This document shows, piece by piece, positions 60,990-64,000 of a stretch of DNA of 64,000 nucleotides. The stretch covers positions 14,582,602 through 14,646,601 of the forward strand of contig NC_057720.1 in assembly GCF_004010195.1 (NCBI RefSeq), read 5' to 3'. The position numbers were made by a program, and so were the translations under genes. The notes beneath the pieces were generated by a model. That model was not told the origin of the DNA and did no database searches. It saw only the letters and a program-made list of their open reading frames with translations. The DNA is from Chiloscyllium plagiosum. Taxonomy: Eukaryota. Every line of letters starts with the position of its first letter. The first letter of the stretch is position 1.

Positions 60990-63220
60990 GAACATAGAAT
61001 ACAGCGCGGAACAGGCCCTTGGCCCTCTGTTGTGCCGACCTGTGAATTAATCTAAGTCCATCCCCCTACACTATCCCATCATCCATATGCTTATCCAAGG
61101 GTTATTTAAATGTCCCTAATGTGGTTGAGTTGGCAGGGAAGGCATTCCACCCCCTAACCACTGAGTAAAGAATCTGCCTCTGACATCTGTCGTAAGTCGT
61201 ATTACCCCTCAATTTGTAGCTATGCCCCCTCATCATCCTAGGAAAAAGACTTTCACTGTCAACCATAGCTCGATCATCTTGTATGTCTCCATCAAATCCC
61301 TCTTAGCTGCCTTCTCTCCAGTGAGAACAGACCCAATTCTCTTAGCCTTTTCTCATAAGACCATCCTTCCAGACCAGGCAACATCCTGGTAAATCCCCTC
61401 TGTACCTTTTCCAATGCTTCTACATTGCAGCATGACATTACGGTGCTGGAACTCAATTCCTCTACCAAAACAACCTAACACACCGTATGCTGCCTTAATA
61501 GCACTATCAACCTTGGTGGCAACTTTCAGGGATTTATGTGCATGGACACCAAGATCCCCTCTGCATATCCACACTACAAAGAATCTTTCCATTGACCCAG
61601 TACTCTGCCTCCTTGTTATCCTTCCCAAAGTGAATCCCCTCACATTTATCTGCATTGAACTCCATTTGCCATCTGTTAGCCCAATTCTGCAGGGACTTTA
61701 TCCAAGTCCCCCTGCAACATGCAACATTCTTCCACACTGCCCACTGCTCCACCAACTTCCGTGTCATCTGCAAACTCACTAACCCATCCACCGATGCCTG
61801 TGTTCAAATCACTTATAAAAATGACAGAGCAGTGGTCCCAAAACAGATCCTGGTGGCACACCACTAGTAATAGGACTCCAGACTAAATATTTTCCATCAA
61901 CCATCACTCGCTGCTGCCTTACAGAAAACCAATTTCTAATTCAAACTGCTAAATCACCCTCAATCCTATGCCTCTACATTTTCTCCAACAGCCTATCCAT
62001 CTGGAACCTTTCAATGGCTTTACTGAAATCCATGTACACCATGTCAACTGCCCTACCATCGTCCACCTGCTTAGTCACTTTCTCAAAAACCTCAGAGGTT
62101 TGAGAGACATGACCCACCCTGACGAAACCATGTTGACTATCTGCAATCAAATTGATGATAAATCCTATCTCTTATAATCTTTTCCAAGACTTTTCCTACA
62201 ACAGACGTAAGGCTCACTGGTCAATAATTACCTGGGTGATCTCTACTGCCCTTGAACAAGGGCGCAACATTTGCAATCCTTCTTCAGTCCTCTGTACTAA
62301 ACCTGTCGACATTGACCAGTCAAAGATCAAGGCCAAAGGCTCCAACACCACCTCCCTAGCTTCCCAGAGAATCCTCTGATAAATCCCATCGGGCCCAGGG
62401 GACTTGTCTACTTTCACTCCTTCTAGAATTGATAACACCTCTTTCTTATTAACCTGGATCCTTTCTAGTCTAATATCCGATATCTCATTCTTCTCTATAA
62501 TATCCTCCTTTTCCTGAATGAAAACAGATGAGAAATATTTGTTTAGCACCCCTCCAGTCTCCACAGGGTCCACACACAGCTTCCCATTTTTGTCTTTGAC
62601 TGACCCTATTCTTACCACAGTTGTCCTTTTATTCCTCACATACCTATAAAAAGCTTTAGGGTTCTCCTTTTATTCTACCTGCTAAAGACTGCTCATGTCC
62701 TCTCCTTGCTGCTCTTAACTCTGTCTTTAAATCCTTCCTAGCTAATCTGTAACTCTCCATTGCTTCACCTGAACCATCTCGTCTCAACGTCACAAGTCTC
62801 CTCCTTCCGCTTAACAAGAGGTGCAATTTCTGTCGTAAACCATGGTTCCCTTGCCTTATTACTTCTTCCCTGCCTGACAGGGAAATACCTATCAAGGACA
62901 CTCAATATCTGTACCTTAAACCAGCTCCACATTTCAAATGTCTCCATCCCCTGCATTTTGCTACCCCATTCTATGCATCTTCAGTATTGCCTAATCACAT
63001 TATAATTGCCCTTTCCCCCATCTATAACTCTTGCCCTGTGGCATGTACCCATCCCTTTCCATCACTAAACTAAACATAACCGAATTATTGTCTCACTGTC
63101 CAAAGTGCTCACCTACCACTAACTCAAACACCTGGCCTGGTTGACTACAAAGCACAGAGTGCGGCCTCCCCTCTTGTCAGCCCTTTGACATACTGTGTCA
63201 GGAAACCCTCCTTCACAAAT
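60990..63220 (-). mobile_element. CR1 LINE ORF2 fragment (EN end through RT to 3' end)
   Basis: DKSPGPDGIY, EFADDTEVGG and WQMEFNADKCE motifs across frameshifted ORFs. Confidence 0.88.
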
Positions 63221-63434
63221 TAGCACCTCAGATGGATCAGTTTTTGTCTAGAGTTGTAGCATTTCCAGTCAATGTAGGGAAAGTTAAAGTAGCGTAAATG
63301 GACCATCAATTAACAACATTCATCATTTGACTGTAATATCTAAGATAGTCATGAAGTTACTATCTTCCTTTTTGTGATTGGTGCCAAACTAATGTTGAAA
63401 CTATGAGAATCCCCCCCCCCCAAATTCACCCAGG

Positions 63435-64000
63435 GTGCCGCTCCACCCTCTGCAACTGAATCCTCAGCTTCCCAACCCACAGACCACAAACCGTGAAGTT
63501 AGATAACTGCACCTCCTCCATGATAATCCTCAACACCAGAGCGCCCCCCCCCCCCCCCCAAGAATGTTTTCAGCCTGCTGCTATATTCTATGTACACTCT
63601 CGACTGTGTAGCCAAATTTTGTACAAACGCCATCTACAAATTTGCTATTGACACCACAGTCGTAGGCCGGATATCAAACAGTAATGAGTCAGCATGCAGG
63701 AAGGAGATGAAGGGTTGTGGTGCAGTGATAATAATCTCTCTCAGCAAACAAACGAACTGATCATTGAGTTCATCTAGAAAGGAGGAGAACATGCCCCTAT
63801 TTATCCAGTGGAGCTGGGGTGGAGAGGGTCGAGAGCATCAAGTTCCTAGGAATGACGATAACCAGCAATCTGCCCTGGACCCCTCTCATAGGTGTGATAG
63901 TCAAGAAGGCACAACAATGCCTCTTCATCCTCAGGAGGCTTAGGAAATTCAACATGTCCGTAAGGACCCTCGCCAACTTCTACAGAAGTACCATAGAAAG
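63435..64000 (+). mobile_element. Rex1/Babar-clade LINE RT fragment
   Basis: Collinear with 54750-55290 (ctccaccctctgcaactgaatcctca...aaatttgct.ttgacaccac). Confidence 0.75.

Noticed and set aside
1..64000. Prokaryotic-type systems (CRISPR array, operon, retron)
   Set aside because: The DNA is a spliced vertebrate gene. Repeats are dispersed TEs rather than regularly spaced repeat-spacer units, and the RT fragments are LINE/PLE type.

Overview
Eukaryotic (vertebrate) genomic DNA, almost certainly from a shark or other elasmobranch: it carries HE1-type V-SINEs, HER1/CR1 LINEs and Deu-domain SINEs. The window lies inside one + strand gene, PKN2 (protein kinase N2). Five internal coding exons (14257-14548, 44350-44495, 56110-56239, 56731-56879, 56966-57179) splice in frame with GT-AG boundaries and encode the three HR1 Rho-binding repeats. 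Exon 1 and the C2/kinase exons are outside the window. The introns (29.8 kb, 11.6 kb, 491 bp, 86 bp) are packed with decayed retroelements (CR1, L2, Rex1/Babar, a Gypsy gag fragment, SINEs) and one young TA-flanked Tigger-like MITE. Nearly all ORFs in the supplied track are TE debris or chance. The most interesting signal is a dense set of Penelope-like element (PLE) insertions from about four families. Each family carries its own minimal type I hammerhead ribozyme motif (CUGANGA-N-stemII-GAAA-N-NUH), and most copies have 10-16 bp target-site duplications and inverted ends. Highlights: a perfect 90-bp palindrome of two back-to-back hammerheads (48881-49061), an insertion that starts exactly at the predicted self-cleavage site (23540), and several insertions whose 5' ends fall at the ribozyme's 5' boundary. 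There are two N gaps, and the first looks mis-scaffolded. All calls were made by eye from the sequence and remembered family features; no searches were run, and TE boundaries are approximate.
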